From contig OZ024742.1 in NCBI GenBank assembly GCA_964016885.1, positions 338,458,001 through 338,522,000 on the forward strand: DNA of 64,000 bases, in the 5' to 3' direction. Under the pieces are notes generated by a model. It made no database searches, had not been told where the DNA came from, and saw only the letters and a list, made by a program, of their open reading frames with translations. Below, piece after piece: positions 41,928-54,976 of the stretch. This DNA is from Eledone cirrhosa (lineage: Eukaryota). Both the position numbers and the translations under genes were made by a program. The first letter of the stretch is position 1. Each line of letters opens with the position of its first letter.

Positions 41928-43478
41928 CAAAAGAGTTATAGCACAGTTGATTAGGGACCGGGTGAAACTAGATGAGATGCAATTTGGGTTTGTACCAGGA
42001 AAAGGCACCACTGATGCCCTCTTCCTTGTGAGGCAGTTACAGGAAAAGTACCTAGCTAAAAGTAAGCCACTCTACTTGGCATTCATCGATCTGGAAAAAG
42101 CCTTCGACAGAGTCCCCCATGCTATAATCTGGTGGGCTCTTAGAAAATTAGGAGTAGATGAATGGCTTGTGAAAGCTGTACAAGCCATGTATAGAGGAGC
42201 AGTCAGCAAAGCTAGAGTTAGCAATGAGTATAGCGAGGAATTTAGGATACAGGTCGGTGTACACCAGGGCTCTGTTCTTAGCCCGCTCCTGTTCATTATA
42301 GTTTTGCAGGCAAAAATGGAGGAGTTTAAGACCGGATGCCCATGGGAACTCCTGTATGCAGATGATCTCGCACTTATAGCTGAATCCATGGTGGAACTAG
42401 AGAAGAAATTCCAAACATGGAAGCAGGAACTAGAAAGAAAGGGTCTCAAAGTCAACCTGACAAAGACTAAGGTTCTTGTAAGTAGACGAGAAAACAGAAC
42501 TCAGATTTCCTCAGGGAAATGGCCTTGTTCAGTATGTAGGAAAGGTGTAGGTAGGAACTCCATCCTCACCCAAATGCAAACAATGGGTACACAAGAGATG
42601 TAGTGGGATCTCAGGAAGTTTAACTAAGAATGTAGGCTTCACATGTAGCAGCTGTGCTGGGACAGCAAGCAGCAAACGACCACAGGAAACAAGTACCACC
42701 AAACTCTGGGAGGGCTCTGTAGAAACAGTAGAGAGCTTCTGCTACCTAGGTGACCAAATTAGCAGCAGAGGTGGGTGTTCGGAAAGTACAATAACTAGGG
42801 TAAGAACGGGATGGAAGAAGTTCAGGGAGCTACTGCCACTGCTAGCTGCAAAAGGCTTTTCCCTCAAAATGAAAAGCAGACTGTATGATGCGTGTATACA
42901 AACAGCAATGTTACATGGTAGTGAAACCTGGGCCCTGTCTGTAGAAGACTTGCGCAGATTAGAAAGAAATGAAGCCTGCATGCTCCGATGGATGTGTAAT
43001 AGTAATATACGCAAATGGCAAAGTATAAACGAATTGAGAGAGAGACTGAGCATCAGAGGAATCCAATGCTGTGTGCAGGAGAGGAGGTTACGTTGGTATG
43101 GACTTGTGATGCGTATGAAGGATGACAGCTGCATAAAAAGGTGCAGAGCACTAGAAGTCGATAGAAGGCGCGGAGTGGGAAGACCTGGGATGAGGTGATA
43201 AAGGTCAACCTTACCCAATTGCACTTCTGAAGAGCAATGACACACGACTGTGATCTCTGGCATCACGCAGTAATACAGAAGACCCAACCCCCCTCAGGAA
43301 CAAGCTGAAGCTGAAGCATATAGACAATATCCCCCCACACGCTCCCACTGCAAAGTGGTCGTGGAGGTGCCACGGCAAAAAAGCACCCAGCACTCACTGT
43401 AAATGAGGTTGGTGTTAGGACAGCCCGTCTAACCCATGCTAGCGTGGAAGAACGGACGTAAAACGATGATGATGATGA
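41928..43478 (+). mobile_element. RTE LINE, 5'-truncated
   Basis: FIDLEKAF, LLYADD, PHD-like insert, RLRWYG, (GAT)n tail; same subfamily as 19886-21763. Confidence 0.95.
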
Positions 43479-43479
43479 T

Positions 43480-45380
43480 ATACATATCACCATACGCAGA
43501 TTCAGCTATTCGCGAATTATTCTGTAGAACACCACTGAAACTATTCACGGAAAAATGCATCTATTCGCGCCTATGTGCGGTATTCCAAAAATACACCGAA
43601 AATTATTTTATTCTATTTTCGTGGCAAAATACATATTTTTAGGATATTTATTATTTACTAATTCTCTAACAATGTTTCAACCTTTGGCACAAGGCCACCA
43701 ATTACGCCAGTACATTGCTGGTGCTTTATTTTATCGATCTTGTAAGAATTAAAGGCAAAGGTAACCTCGGCTGTATTTGAACTCATAACGTAAAGGGCCA
43801 TAACTCTATGCCGCAAAGCATGGTGTCTGACGCTCTATCAATACTGTCAAACTACCATCAACATAAATACATCAAAATATCAATATAGAATAATAGTGTA
43901 ATAGTGTATGTACTTGTCTTGGTTAAAACTTAACGCTGCGCGACGTAGCGGAGCCAGAACACAAAAGTTCCGTGGTTAAAAACGTAGCTTGGAGATGGTG
44001 AAATACCCGGACGCAATGCTACTTGATATGCTATTGGCTGGAAGTTGGGAGGCAGCAAATGTGAGATGTCGTTTATTTTCCGTGGCACTGATTGGCTGCT
44101 CTTCTATTGTTCGAGTGTTTTACTGCGTATCACCGCGTATTTTTGTGCTCTATCTGTAGCACCCTAAGATGCCGCCCAAACACCCTGCTCCTTCCAAGGC
44201 TTCTGAGAAACAGCCTAAACGCCAAAAGAAGATTATGACGCTCCAGGAGAAGGTAAGCCTCCTGGATATGATCAAAGGAGGTAAAAGTTACGCTGCAGTG
44301 TCCCGCCATTATGGCGTGAACGAGAGTACCGTGCGGTACATAAAGAAGAAGGAAGCAGCCATAAGAAACACCGTAGAAACTAGCTTTTGCTGTAATGCTA
44401 AGACGGTTAGGAATATGCGAGATAAGCACATCGTCAGGATGGAGTCCGCCTTGGCCATGTGGATTACAGACTGCAGGAAGAAGAACATCCCCTTAGATGG
44501 TAACATAATCCGGGAGAAGGCTAAGGAACTGTACCAGCAGTTCTTTACGGAAGGCGACGCCGTACAAGAAAGCGAAGGCCTCGACGAACCTAACGAAAAG
44601 GAAGCAGGACCATCGACACCATCACGTGGAGGTTTTGTAGCAAGCAAGGGGTGGTTCGATCGCTTTCAGAAGCGGTTCAAACTAAGGAGTGTTTCCTTAC
44701 ACAGGGCAGCAGCACCTGCCGTCACGGAAGATGACGTTAGCACCCTCATCGATGGCCACACCGACCCCCTAATTGTCGAGTATTTGGCAAAGTTGACCAA
44801 GTCTGCGATCGAAGAGGAAGACGACACGCCAGGTACAGACCCCGAGGAGGTGGGTCTGACGTTGGAACGTCTATCCGAACTTCTGAGGATATCGAGGGAA
44901 CTGAAAGAGAAGGCTGTAGCATGGGATCCTTATATGGAACGGTCCATAACATTCTGCAATGCCGTCGACACTACCATGGAGATGTATAAAACCCTCTTCG
45001 TCACCATGAAGGAGCAGCGACAGCAGCTACTTATCACCATGTTCCTCAAGCCCGTCAAGAAAAGTCCCGTCAAAATATGCGGCTCCCCATGAAGCGTCTA
45101 ATTATTGTTGAGTACCCGAATGGTTTACAGTACGTAATTTTAAACATTAATATAGTCACCCCTTAGTAAGTGCGAAGATTGTTGGAGTGTATTGTACGTG
45201 CTTAATATTAAGTCTTTTATTTTTAAGGGCAATGTTGTAAGATGAGTTTGAAACGACATTAAAGCGTTTTGTGTATATTTAGGATTTAAACTATTAATAC
45301 AGGCAATTACTATTAGGGGCGTCTACTATCACAGATTTTTTATTTGCTATTCGCGACTGGTCTTGGTCCCTAATCCAATA
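43480..45380 (+). mobile_element. pogo/Tigger DNA transposon, internally deleted
   Basis: Sub-terminal GCTATTCGCGA motifs near both ends; transposase-derived ORF; family A SINE at ~43680-43860. Exact TIRs not resolved. Confidence 0.8.
44169..45092 (+). CDS. Tigger/CENP-B-type transposase-derived ORF (307 aa) lacking the DDE domain
   Basis: psq-type HTH (LQEKVSLL...HYGVNESTVRYI), Tc5 HTH (LAMWI...IIREKA...FVASKGWFDRF) joined in frame to the acidic C-terminal region. Confidence 0.75.
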   Translation: MPPKHPAPSKASEKQPKRQKKIMTLQEKVSLLDMIKGGKSYAAVSRHYGVNESTVRYIKKKEAAIRNTVETSFCCNAKTVRNMRDKHIVRMESALAMWITDCRKKNIPLDGNIIREKAKELYQQFFTEGDAVQESEGLDEPNEKEAGPSTPSRGGFVASKGWFDRFQKRFKLRSVSLHRAAAPAVTEDDVSTLIDGHTDPLIVEYLAKLTKSAIEEEDDTPGTDPEEVGLTLERLSELLRISRELKEKAVAWDPYMERSITFCNAVDTTMEMYKTLFVTMKEQRQQLLITMFLKPVKKSPVKICGSP

Positions 45381-45582
45381 TATATTTATATTATATGTAT
45401 ATATATAATATATATATTATATAATATATCCCACAATTCCATTTCCTGTTTACCAAAAAAACCCCAAAAAACCCTCTGCTTCCGGTGTATTTTCTCTTTG
45501 TCTGTTCCCGACTCTTACCTTCATTATTGCTGTGTAATTATAACTAATGACCAACTTTCTACACTTGAATATCCCTCTATAG

Positions 45583-45881
45583 CAGTGGTTCCGTACGTAG
45601 GGCGCACGCCCTACAGGGGAACAATTTGAAAATGATGTTAATAAGAGCAAACTTCAGATTTTACCCTATTACCTTTATACAAGGCCCATTTGGGACAATT
45701 TATGGTCAAACTCCTGTGTCTCACCTCCTCCATACATGTTATTGTGCATCTAGCATCACCCATAAGGCAATTTGTTTACACTTTGTAGTTGATCATCGCT
45801 GTTTTTATATCAAAGTGGGGCATAAAAATGTTTGAGGTGTTGAGGTTGGGTATGGGGCACAAAAGTTTGGGACAACCACTG
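45583..45881. mobile_element. hAT (Charlie-like) MITE
   Basis: TIRs CAGTGGTT...AACCACTG; 8-bp flanks CTCTATAG / CTCGAGAG (6/8 match). Confidence 0.8.
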
Positions 45882-45907
45882 CTCGAGAGAAAGGTATGAA
45901 CTATACG

Positions 45908-45944
<37 letters not shown>

Positions 45945-46809
45945 TAAAATAACAGATAAAAGTTTAAGCAAAGAATCGCTGCTTTCACCCTTAACGGGAT
46001 CTTCTGAAACTCTAGGGTTCTTATATATCTGATATATTTATCCTTATCGAGCCCTCTTTGGATTTTAGTCTTCACATTTATTATTATTACTATATAATAT
46101 ATATATACATACACGATACTGTAATATTTCTCCTTGCTCGGCCAATCCAGAGTCACGGTTTCAGCTTCATGTTTCATTCTGCCTCTCACTACATGTCTGT
46201 CTATCTTTCTTCCAAGCATCAGTTTGTTTATGTCTCTCTCCTTATATTTCCTCTGTCTTTCTCTCCACACATCCGTTTGTCTATCTTGCACTCTCCTGGA
46301 GACGGGTGTTACGAATTCTCGGGTAGGTGAACCACAGTAAACGAGTAATTTATAACCAATCTTATCAACTAACTAACCTTGAAATTTAAAAAAGAATTAA
46401 CATTAACACATGTATCCGTGGCTGTTGTAATAAAACTTTACCAACAATTGGTGCAAATTTTGAATAAGAATCCAAAGTATGTTTTAAAACGAAAACAAAG
46501 AAGGGAATGAGTATTTTTCACATTTCTGGATTAGCTATACTATACAATAAAGAAAGAGTCTATGTAGTCATTCCCAGTAAAATAGACTCCCAGGCTATGT
46601 TGCCAGTAAGAGTGTCAGATACCATGAGTTGCGGAATTAGTTACATAGACAGAAGTGCAAACCCCCACTCACACACACACACACACACATCTACATGTAA
46701 GTACATAAACAGATACAGACAATTAAATTCCAAGAGACACCACACTGCTTCTGGTGGAGACATACCTGCAAGCAAGATAGTTTCTTATTTCATCATAGTT
46801 GTGTTGGTT

Positions 46810-49200
46810 CTGAGCATCATTACGTAATGCATTATCTGTTACTTCTATGCTTTCTAGCATAGTTACGTCCCTTTACAGTCTGAGTTCAAATCCCGAGGTT
46901 AACTTTGCCTTTCATCCTTACGGGGTCGATAAAATAAAGTACCAGTAATGTACTGAGTAATTGCTGGCCTTGTGCCTAAAGTAGAAACAATTATCTGTTA
47001 CTTCTACAGACGCGTAGTCATGCTCCTTGTAAACACATTTAAAGATGTACTTGATGCTTTTTATAGAAGAGCAAACTTCAACCTTAATATGTGCACGATA
47101 TTTCTTAAGCAAAAAGGCATTACATGGCACAACATTCCTATTATCTACTGAATGTCGTCCAATTTGCACCTCAGTTCCATCTTTCGCCTCCTGTACCCTT
47201 CATATCCATTTAGGTACAATAATGTTTCCTCTCTGTAGGTTTTTAGATAGTTCTATTTTGCATACATGGCCCATGGATCATAAACTTTTAACCTGCTCAT
47301 GTAGTGCCGGATCATCTTCCAATGCAAGTATTTCTGCTGACACAATTCTGTCAATGTCTTCTCTGTTTCTTATCTTGTCTTTATTTCTTAAGATGACCAA
47401 CATATGGCAATGAGGAAATCCTCTTTTTTGGAACTCAATGACGTAAATATGATTCACTGGCACACCAAGAATGTGTCTTTCTTTGATATCTTTCATCATT
47501 TCAGAAAACTGAGAAATCTGATCTGGTTTCTGCTGCTTCATTTTGATTTAAATTATTTTGAAGTTATAAAAATTATTTCGAAACTATAAAAATAGCTGGT
47601 TTGCCATATTTGGCAACAATTGTCATAGCATCCTGAAAGTACTACTGATGCATGTTTCTTGGGTTGCCAGTGAAAGACGATGGCAAAATAACTGGCACCT
47701 CAGGCTCACTACTATCATTTGTTCCTCTCTTTAGATAATCCATTAATCCATTGTACTCATCCACTTGCAATTGGGCTTGATTGTTCCTCAAGTATTGGAG
47801 CCTGCATCCCTCTACTTTCACACAGGCATCCACTACATACTGCTGAAATAATTTGCCTGCCCTATGTGTCACACTGAATCCTCCTCTATATGCTATACTG
47901 TATCTGTAATACTTCTGCATTGTCAGTCTATTGCGGATGTGGGTCCTGTGTTCTTCCGCATGCTGCATGCCACTATGCTACCCAAATTCACCATGTGGAA
48001 ACAATAAAGGGTAGGTGATGAGGTCTAAGTGGCATGAAGTATATGGTATTTAGGATAGATGACAATATCTGTGTACAGATGGTGCACCATCTATCCCCAC
48101 AAAAACAACAGCTATTTCATTGCTAGTTGGTAAATTGTAGCATCTCATATCTGATCCTCTGGTAAATCTTAATTCACAGTTCTGTATGGGATGATTTTCT
48201 ATTCTTGCTCTTTACTGCTTTTCTTGTTCTATGGCATGCATTGTTTTGTACACTTCGACATTTGGATTACATTCATGCAACACCTCACTTATCATAGTCA
48301 TTGTTTGCGGTGCTTCCAATCTGTGCTGCACGGCTTCATTTGCGTAAATAATATATAGCTGGCCATATTGTGTATTTTCTGCAGGGTACAGAGGTGTGGT
48401 ATTGTGATATGTTTGACCCTGAATACAAAAGTAATACGAGCCTCTGCCAGCTGGTAAGGCAAGTTTAACACCAAATGAAGCAAATGAAAATGCCCAGTTG
48501 TAATTGCGGATGTTCCTGTGAAATGCAACTGCTTCCTGGCCTCCTTCAAAGAGATTTCTCAGTTTCTCTGGATATATTTGTAATGGAGGTAGTACAACAT
48601 TTCCCTTATTACAACAGTTATAATTTTCATTTCTAAATTTCAAAGCTCCACAATGGCTGCACAAAACATTCATATCACCAATATGAAATTCTTCTACATT
48701 GCTATTAATATTAATTGCTGGGCAATTTCTCCTACGTCGCTCACTATGCAGTTCTTCAGCATTCTTGTTTTCTATGCTAAGTCTATAGGCATCTCCCTGC
48801 TGCTCAAGATAATGTGCTCGTTCGTTCTTATGCATGTGGTCTCTCCTTTCTTGTTGCTTAAGCCAATTACACTGTAAATGTAATGCATGTTCTTCTGGGA
48901 TCATATTATCTCTTCTTTCTTGCTCTCTGAGTCTTTGTTTCTCCAGATATTCTTTTCGTTTATTTTGAATCATATTACCTCTTCTTTTTTGTTGTTTTAG
49001 TCTAGCTTGCTCTAAAATGATATGCTTCTGTTCTTCATTCATTTCCTCACATCTCTGATGTTGTTGTCTTCTTTCTCTTTCTATTATTTCTTCTCGCTGT
49101 TCATGTCTGATTCTTGATCTGTATCTGCGCATCCTTTCTCAAACAGTTTGCAACTGTCTTTTTTGGTGTAGAAAGAATAAAGCCATTTTATTAAGGCGTT
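46810..49200 (-). mobile_element. Decayed Helitron Rep N-terminal/HUH region
   Basis: CSHCGALKF...CCNKG zinc motif, GKLFQQYVVD, VILPSSFTG, EFQKRGFPHCHML, HIKVEVCSSIKSIKYIFK. Confidence 0.92.
46848..46989 (+). mobile_element. SINE family A inserted in the Helitron
   Basis: GAGTTCAAATCC B box and core; 17-bp TSD ATTATCTGTTACTTCTA at 46831-46847 and 46990-47006. Confidence 0.85.
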
Positions 49201-49295
49201 TCTTTGTGCTAATAATGAATGTAATAAATTTCTTAATATAGATATATTAAGCACATATATGACCTTAGCAGTTCATATATGTGTATTTGTATATA

Positions 49296-49644
49296 CAGTT
49301 GTTCCCTGGTATTCACGGGGGCTATGTTCCTAGAGCACCCGCGAAAGTGAAAAACCGCGAATGTTGGACATGGTTCATAAAAATGCCTATAAACGTCAAA
49401 ATATAACGTAAAATATAATAAAAAAAGAGTTATGTGAAGGGGCATCTGATAGGCCGGCAAATACGGTATATTGTTAATATTTTAGCATTAAAAAATATAT
49501 ATATTGCCACAAAAGAAGCCATAAAATAATCGCGGAAGATATTTATGATTCCACGAATATGCGGTGGTTTCCAGGAATTATTATTTGTAGGTGCTAAGGA
49601 AAATTCCGCGAATAACCAGGAGCGCTAATGCTGGAGGTACACTG
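49296..49644. mobile_element. Tigger/pogo-type MITE
   Basis: TA|CAGT...ACTG|TA termini and repeated CCGCGAA(T) sub-terminal motifs. Confidence 0.75.
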
Positions 49645-49838
49645 TATACCTTGCTACTGTAGTTGTTATATATTCTTACACACACAAACACTCTCACTTA
49701 CATTCACACACATATACTAACACAAATACACACAGACATACATTAACACTAACAACCACATATACACTTACGCACACATCTACACAATAATTATTACATA
49801 CACAGTGTTCTATGTTCTACATTCACACACATATACAT

Positions 49839-50277
49839 GGAGGCACATGGCTCAGTGGTTAGAGCATTGGCCTTGCAATCGGAAGGTTGTGAGTTCAATT
49901 CTCAGACCAGGTGATATGTTGTTTCCTTGAGCAAGACACTTTATTTCACATTACTCCAGTTTACTCAACTGTAGAAATGAGATGATAGGACTGGGGTCCC
50001 TATCATTCCACTGCAAACTGATCGTGGAGGTGCCACGGCAAAAAAGCACCCAGCCCACACTGTAAAGTGGACGTGTAGGCGCCACGGAAAAAAAGCACCC
50101 AGCACTCACTGTAAATGAGGTTGGTGTTAGGAAGGGCATCCAGCTGTAGAAATCAAGCCAGAATCAGTTCCCGTATGAGCAAGACATGGTCAGCCGACCG
50201 GGCACTGCCCACAACAGGACAACTCGTCTAACCCATGCTAGCGTGGAAGAATGGACGTAAAACGGTGATGATGATGA
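49839..50277 (+). mobile_element. Full-length tRNA-derived SINE (family B)
   Basis: A box TGGCTCAGTGG, B box GAGTTCAATTC, CORE-like CCTTGAGCAAGACACTT, 3' tail shared with the RTE LINEs, (GAT)n end. Confidence 0.88.
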
Positions 50278-51029
50278 TACTCTCACATACACACAAGCAC
50301 ACACACACACACGCACACACACACACACACAGACATACATTCACACATGGCATTTTACCAACCCCCTTCCTTGTTCAGTCATTACATAGATACATACACA
50401 GCGCTGCATTCTAGGAATTGCGTGTCTGTACTTCTGTTGTCTGTGTATCTGTTTATGTATTTACATGTAGATGTCTAACCCATGCTAGTGTGGAAGATGA
50501 ACGTTAAACGAAGATGATGATATGTGTGCATGCAACTTACGAAAGTGTAATGTACGTTATGAACGAACGAAATAAGCAGAATTATAATATAATTATTACA
50601 TATACACACATTTATGAATGATTGAGGAAGGAAAGGGCTGGTGAAACATTATAGCGATATGTATGTTGCATCCCTTTAGGGTTTACCAGCTACATAACCT
50701 ATTTGTACAATTAACGCATCATGAGTTGTAAGCTTTAAATTTGCTGGCCGGGACCCAGAGGTGGAGGGTTAGTTGGAGGTGGAAGAAACTCGTTCGGACG
50801 TCACTTTCTGTTTCTTTAAAAATCTCTTCAATAAACCAAATTAATTCTAAAAGCAACAACAAACAAAAACCTTATTAAAAAATTATTTTAACTAAATCGG
50901 AGAGGAGTGTAATAACAGTGGGGGTGGGGGGTATAATCTGAAATAGTTTTTCAACCTAATTACCTCCCTTTCTGATTTAACTAAAGTGTATTCAGTTCCA
51001 TCAGTCGTGATGTCATCCTCAGTTCAATG

Positions 51030-51185
51030 GTGGAGAGAGCCCCAGAGCCCAACCATTTTACTTGGCAGGTTTACGGGAGCCATCCTATCCTACTCTGGGA
51101 TCCAACAAGGCAACCGACTCGGGTCTGTCCTATTTGCACTGGGTATCGATAGTGGTTGACCTGGATTTGAATATCTGATACTTGC
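51030..51185 (+). mobile_element. CRE-like RT fragment
   Basis: SGIQQGNRLGSVLFALGID...DLDLNI*YL resembles GVQQGDPLGP...WYLDD. Confidence 0.55.
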
Positions 51186-51189
51186 TGAG

Positions 51190-51975
51190 GCTTACATGAC
51201 TACTTCATAATGTGGACTGGACGCTCACTTTTGTCAGAGCATCTACATGACCAGTGGGGATCACTTTATAGAAGTCGGAAACTTGGGAGGGTTGGGGAAG
51301 ATGCTTTGGGGATGTAGGTGTAAGGAAGGTTTATGGGAAGGGAGATGGTAGGGAATGGTGTTGCCTACTAGGTATATGCCTCAGCCCGAGAATAATAGAG
51401 TGCGAGTCTTCTGTAATACTTCATAGCATCAGAGGTCACAGACCCATGTCATTGTCTTAGTGAGATGTAATTGAGCAAAGTCAGCTCTTATTACCTCATC
51501 CCAAGTCTTCCTAGGCCTACCTACTCCATGGCTACCATCAACTTTCAGCACTCTGCACCTTTTTATACAGCTGTTATCCGTCATACGCATCACATCTCCA
51601 TATCAACGCAATCTCCTCTCCTGCACACAACATCTGATCCCTCTTATGCCAGATTTCTCCCGTAGTTCATTTATGCCTTGCCGTTCGCATATGTAGCTAT
51701 TGCACATCCATCGAAGCATGGAGGCTTCATTTCTTTCCAATCTTCACAGGTCCTCCACACACAGAGCCCAGGTCTCGCTGCTGTGCAACATAGTTGTTCT
51801 TATACATGCATCATACAGTCTGCCTTTCATTTTGAGGAAAAATCCTTTTGTAGTTAGCACCAGTAGTAGATCCATGAACTTTTTCGAAACCTGATCTCAC
51901 TCTGGCTACTGTACTTTCGAACCCCCTCCCCCATTGCTGATTTGGTCACCCAGTTAACAGAAGCTATCTACCACT
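51190..51975 (-). mobile_element. Old RTE LINE 3' fragment
   Basis: Reverse strand MKGRLYDACI..LHSSETW..GRPRKTW. Confidence 0.85.
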
Positions 51976-51979
51976 TATT

Positions 51980-53262
51980 TTCAACATGGCTACCATCAAC
52001 TATCAACAGAATCAGCAGCAGCGGCAGCGACAACATTGGTTAACCACCAACCATAAACAACGGAATAACGATGTGGCAGCTTTATAGCCTTACCGATGCA
52101 ACTACCACACCTTCTGACTATCAATTATTTACTGAAGATTCACTGCTTCCTCACAGTCTTCTCACCACTATGGCGTCAGACGTGGCATTCATAATATTGG
52201 TGACTCTAGATTTGTCTTCAACCTTCGACTTCGATCGTCGTTCGATAGCATAACAACCTCAATCGTGTTACTTTACCCGACTCACTGGGAAAGCATTCAT
52301 GGAACTGGACCTGTCAGCATTTTCACCATTTCTCCGACGAATCACCAGAATTACAGCTTCAACTACTACCCACCTACAGATTCAATTTGCTTTTCTTTCA
52401 AAGCAACTTTAGCCATTTTTTCCTGGCTGCCTAGCACTTCCGGCAATTCATCTGGGAGGCTGACAATTTCTCACCTACCCATCATCTTCTTGCCAGCTCT
52501 GCTACAACATTTACCATAACAGCTATACAGCTCTGGTAAAGCATGAACATCATCATCATTAACAACAGCTACTGGTAAACTACTATAACAGCTTCATCCA
52601 CGCAGCTCTGGTACAACACTTACCATAACAGCTAACATTTAATGCAAGAGCAGCAACTTTTCCCATGTCAGACTTTATCCGTTTTCTGTTAGACACTAGG
52701 TGGTCACATTTAAATAGCAAAACAGCTAGTCATTTGACACAGCGGCTCAACAAGGCTCTTGGCGCTTCACTTTTCTTCTTGCATGTTCAATTTTGTCATT
52801 GATGTTCTCTCTGTTTTTCCTGCTAATTCAATCTTATATATTGCCTTCTAGGCTAAATAGGGGGTATTGTAGTGACCGACATTCTGATGGCTCTTGAATA
52901 CATTCTCCGTGCATAGTTTGGCTCAGTTCAGCCAATCGCTATCAGCGTAGGAGAATGTATTTCAACTTCCACCCTAAGGGAAAAATTCCCGTTTCTCTTC
53001 GAAAATCTCTCTTTTTGCATCTCGACACCAGAAGATAAACATCTCTTGATTTTGCTCCTCAAATATTCCAAAATGTAACTACTGGAATTCTCCGCGCAGT
53101 GACTTCTAACTTCAGCCATCGGTCTGTGTATTCTTTTACAGCATCTTAATTTGTTTTGTTTCATTTCTTGTGACATGTCATCACAGCTAACTCAACTTCT
53201 CATCTTCGTAAATAAATTATATATAAAAAACGTAATGCCTTATGATGATATTTGCCACAACA
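51980..53262 (+). mobile_element. Non-coding LTR element remnant: internal region, PPT and LTR (52868-53262)
   Basis: AGGGGG PPT immediately before TGTAGTG...CACAACA termini (6/7 inverted match), AATAAA at ~53211. Confidence 0.55.
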
Positions 53263-53605
53263 TTCCTTTTAACTGCTTCAACGGTGACTTCTCTGATACA
53301 ATACATACATTCTCAACACAACACATATCTATCAATATATATATATATATCGTATATCAGTCATACTGTGTATATATTATCTATATATTTCCTATATCAG
53401 TCATACTATGTATATATTATCTACATATTTCCTATATCAGTCTTACTGTGTATATATTTCCTATATTAGTCATACAGTGTATATATTATCTATATATTTC
53501 CTATATCAACCTTACTGTGTATATATTATCTATATATTTCCTATATCAGTCATACTGTGTATATATTATCTACATATTTCCTAAATTAGCCTTACTGTGT
53601 ATATA

Positions 53606-54013
53606 TAATAATAATGAAATTATTGTGTACAGTGCTCAGGTGCACTACAACTCGTCAAAGGTGCATGTATAGTATTTAGAATAATATACAAATGTCAGGG
53701 AATTGAATAATATATGAGTCATGGTGTACGTGTGTATGGAGGGGGAATATTAGGTGTAGTGTTGGCGAATCTCAGGAAGCATGGAGGTTTTAAAGGGTGC
53801 AGTGTCTCGACAGCTAATAACTGATGCAGGTAGTTTGTTTCATGCTTCAACAACTCTGAGTGTGAAAAAATGTTTCCGAAAGTCATGGGAGCTGTGCTGT
53901 TTTCTGACTTTGTGGGCATGCCCACGTGTGTTAGACACATGGAAATCAAAAAGGTGCTCAGGGTTGTTGTTGCAAGATGGTTAATAATTTTGGGGGGTGT
54001 TTACCAAGTCAGT
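53606..54013 (-). mobile_element. CR1 3' fragment, older subfamily
   Basis: Homologous to 31369-31920; (ATT)n tail. Confidence 0.88.
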
Positions 54014-54583
54014 TTATATATATATTTCCTATATCAGCCTTACTGTGTATATATTATCTACATATTTCCTATATCAGCCTTACTGTGTATATATTATCTA
54101 CATATTTCCTATATCAGCCTTACTGTGTATATATTATCTATATATTTCGTATATCAGCCTTACTGTGTATATATTATCTATATATTTCGTATATCAGTCT
54201 TACTGTGTATATATTATCCATATGTTTCCTATATCAGTCTTACTGTGTATATATTATATATATATTTTGTGTAGGTAACACAGTAAAAACTTCCCAGTCC
54301 ACACTGTAAATGAGGTTGGTGTTAGGAAGGGCATCCAGCCATAGAAAACCTACCAGACATATACGAGCGAGACGACCAATCTTGCCTCAAGTGGGACAAT
54401 CCCCGTCTAAACCCATGCTAGCGTGGAAAATAGACATTAAACGATGATGATGATATTTCCTATATTAGTCTTACTGTGTATATATTTCCATGTCTGTCAT
54501 ACTGTATATATTATCCTATATATTTCCTAAATCTGTCATACTATATATATTATCTATATATTTCCTATATCAGTCATACTGTA

Positions 54584-54976
54584 TCATCATCATTTCATTT
54601 TACGTCCACTTTTCCCTGCTTGCAAGGGTGGGACGGGAACTGATTCTGGCTTGATTTCTACAGCTGGATGTTCTTCCTAACACCAACGTCATTTACAGTG
54701 AGTGCTGGGTGCTTTTTTCCGTGGCACCTCCACGACCACTTTGCAGTGGAATGATAGGGACCTCAGTCCCTATCATCTCATTTCTATAGCTGAGTAAACT
54801 GGAGCAATGTGAAATAAAGTGTCTTGCTCAAGGAAACAACACATCACCTGGTCGTTTCCTTGAGCAAGACACTTTATTTCACATTGCTCCAGTTTACTCA
54901 GCTGTAAAAATGAGATGATAGGGACTGGGGTCCATATCATTCCACTGCAAAGTGGCCGTGGAGGTGCCACGGAAAA
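54584..54976 (-). mobile_element. SINE family B with fold-back (123-bp arms, 16-nt loop)
   Basis: 54715-54837 pairs with 54854-54976, about 5 mismatches. Confidence 0.9.

Noticed and set aside
46290-46335. Possible first exon/donor (GG|GTAGGT) for copy 4
   Set aside because: No homology to the first-exon block of copies 2 and 3; a lone donor-like motif is insufficient.
49839-49915. tRNA gene
   Set aside because: A/B boxes run into a SINE body and RTE tail present in several copies; no full cloverleaf.
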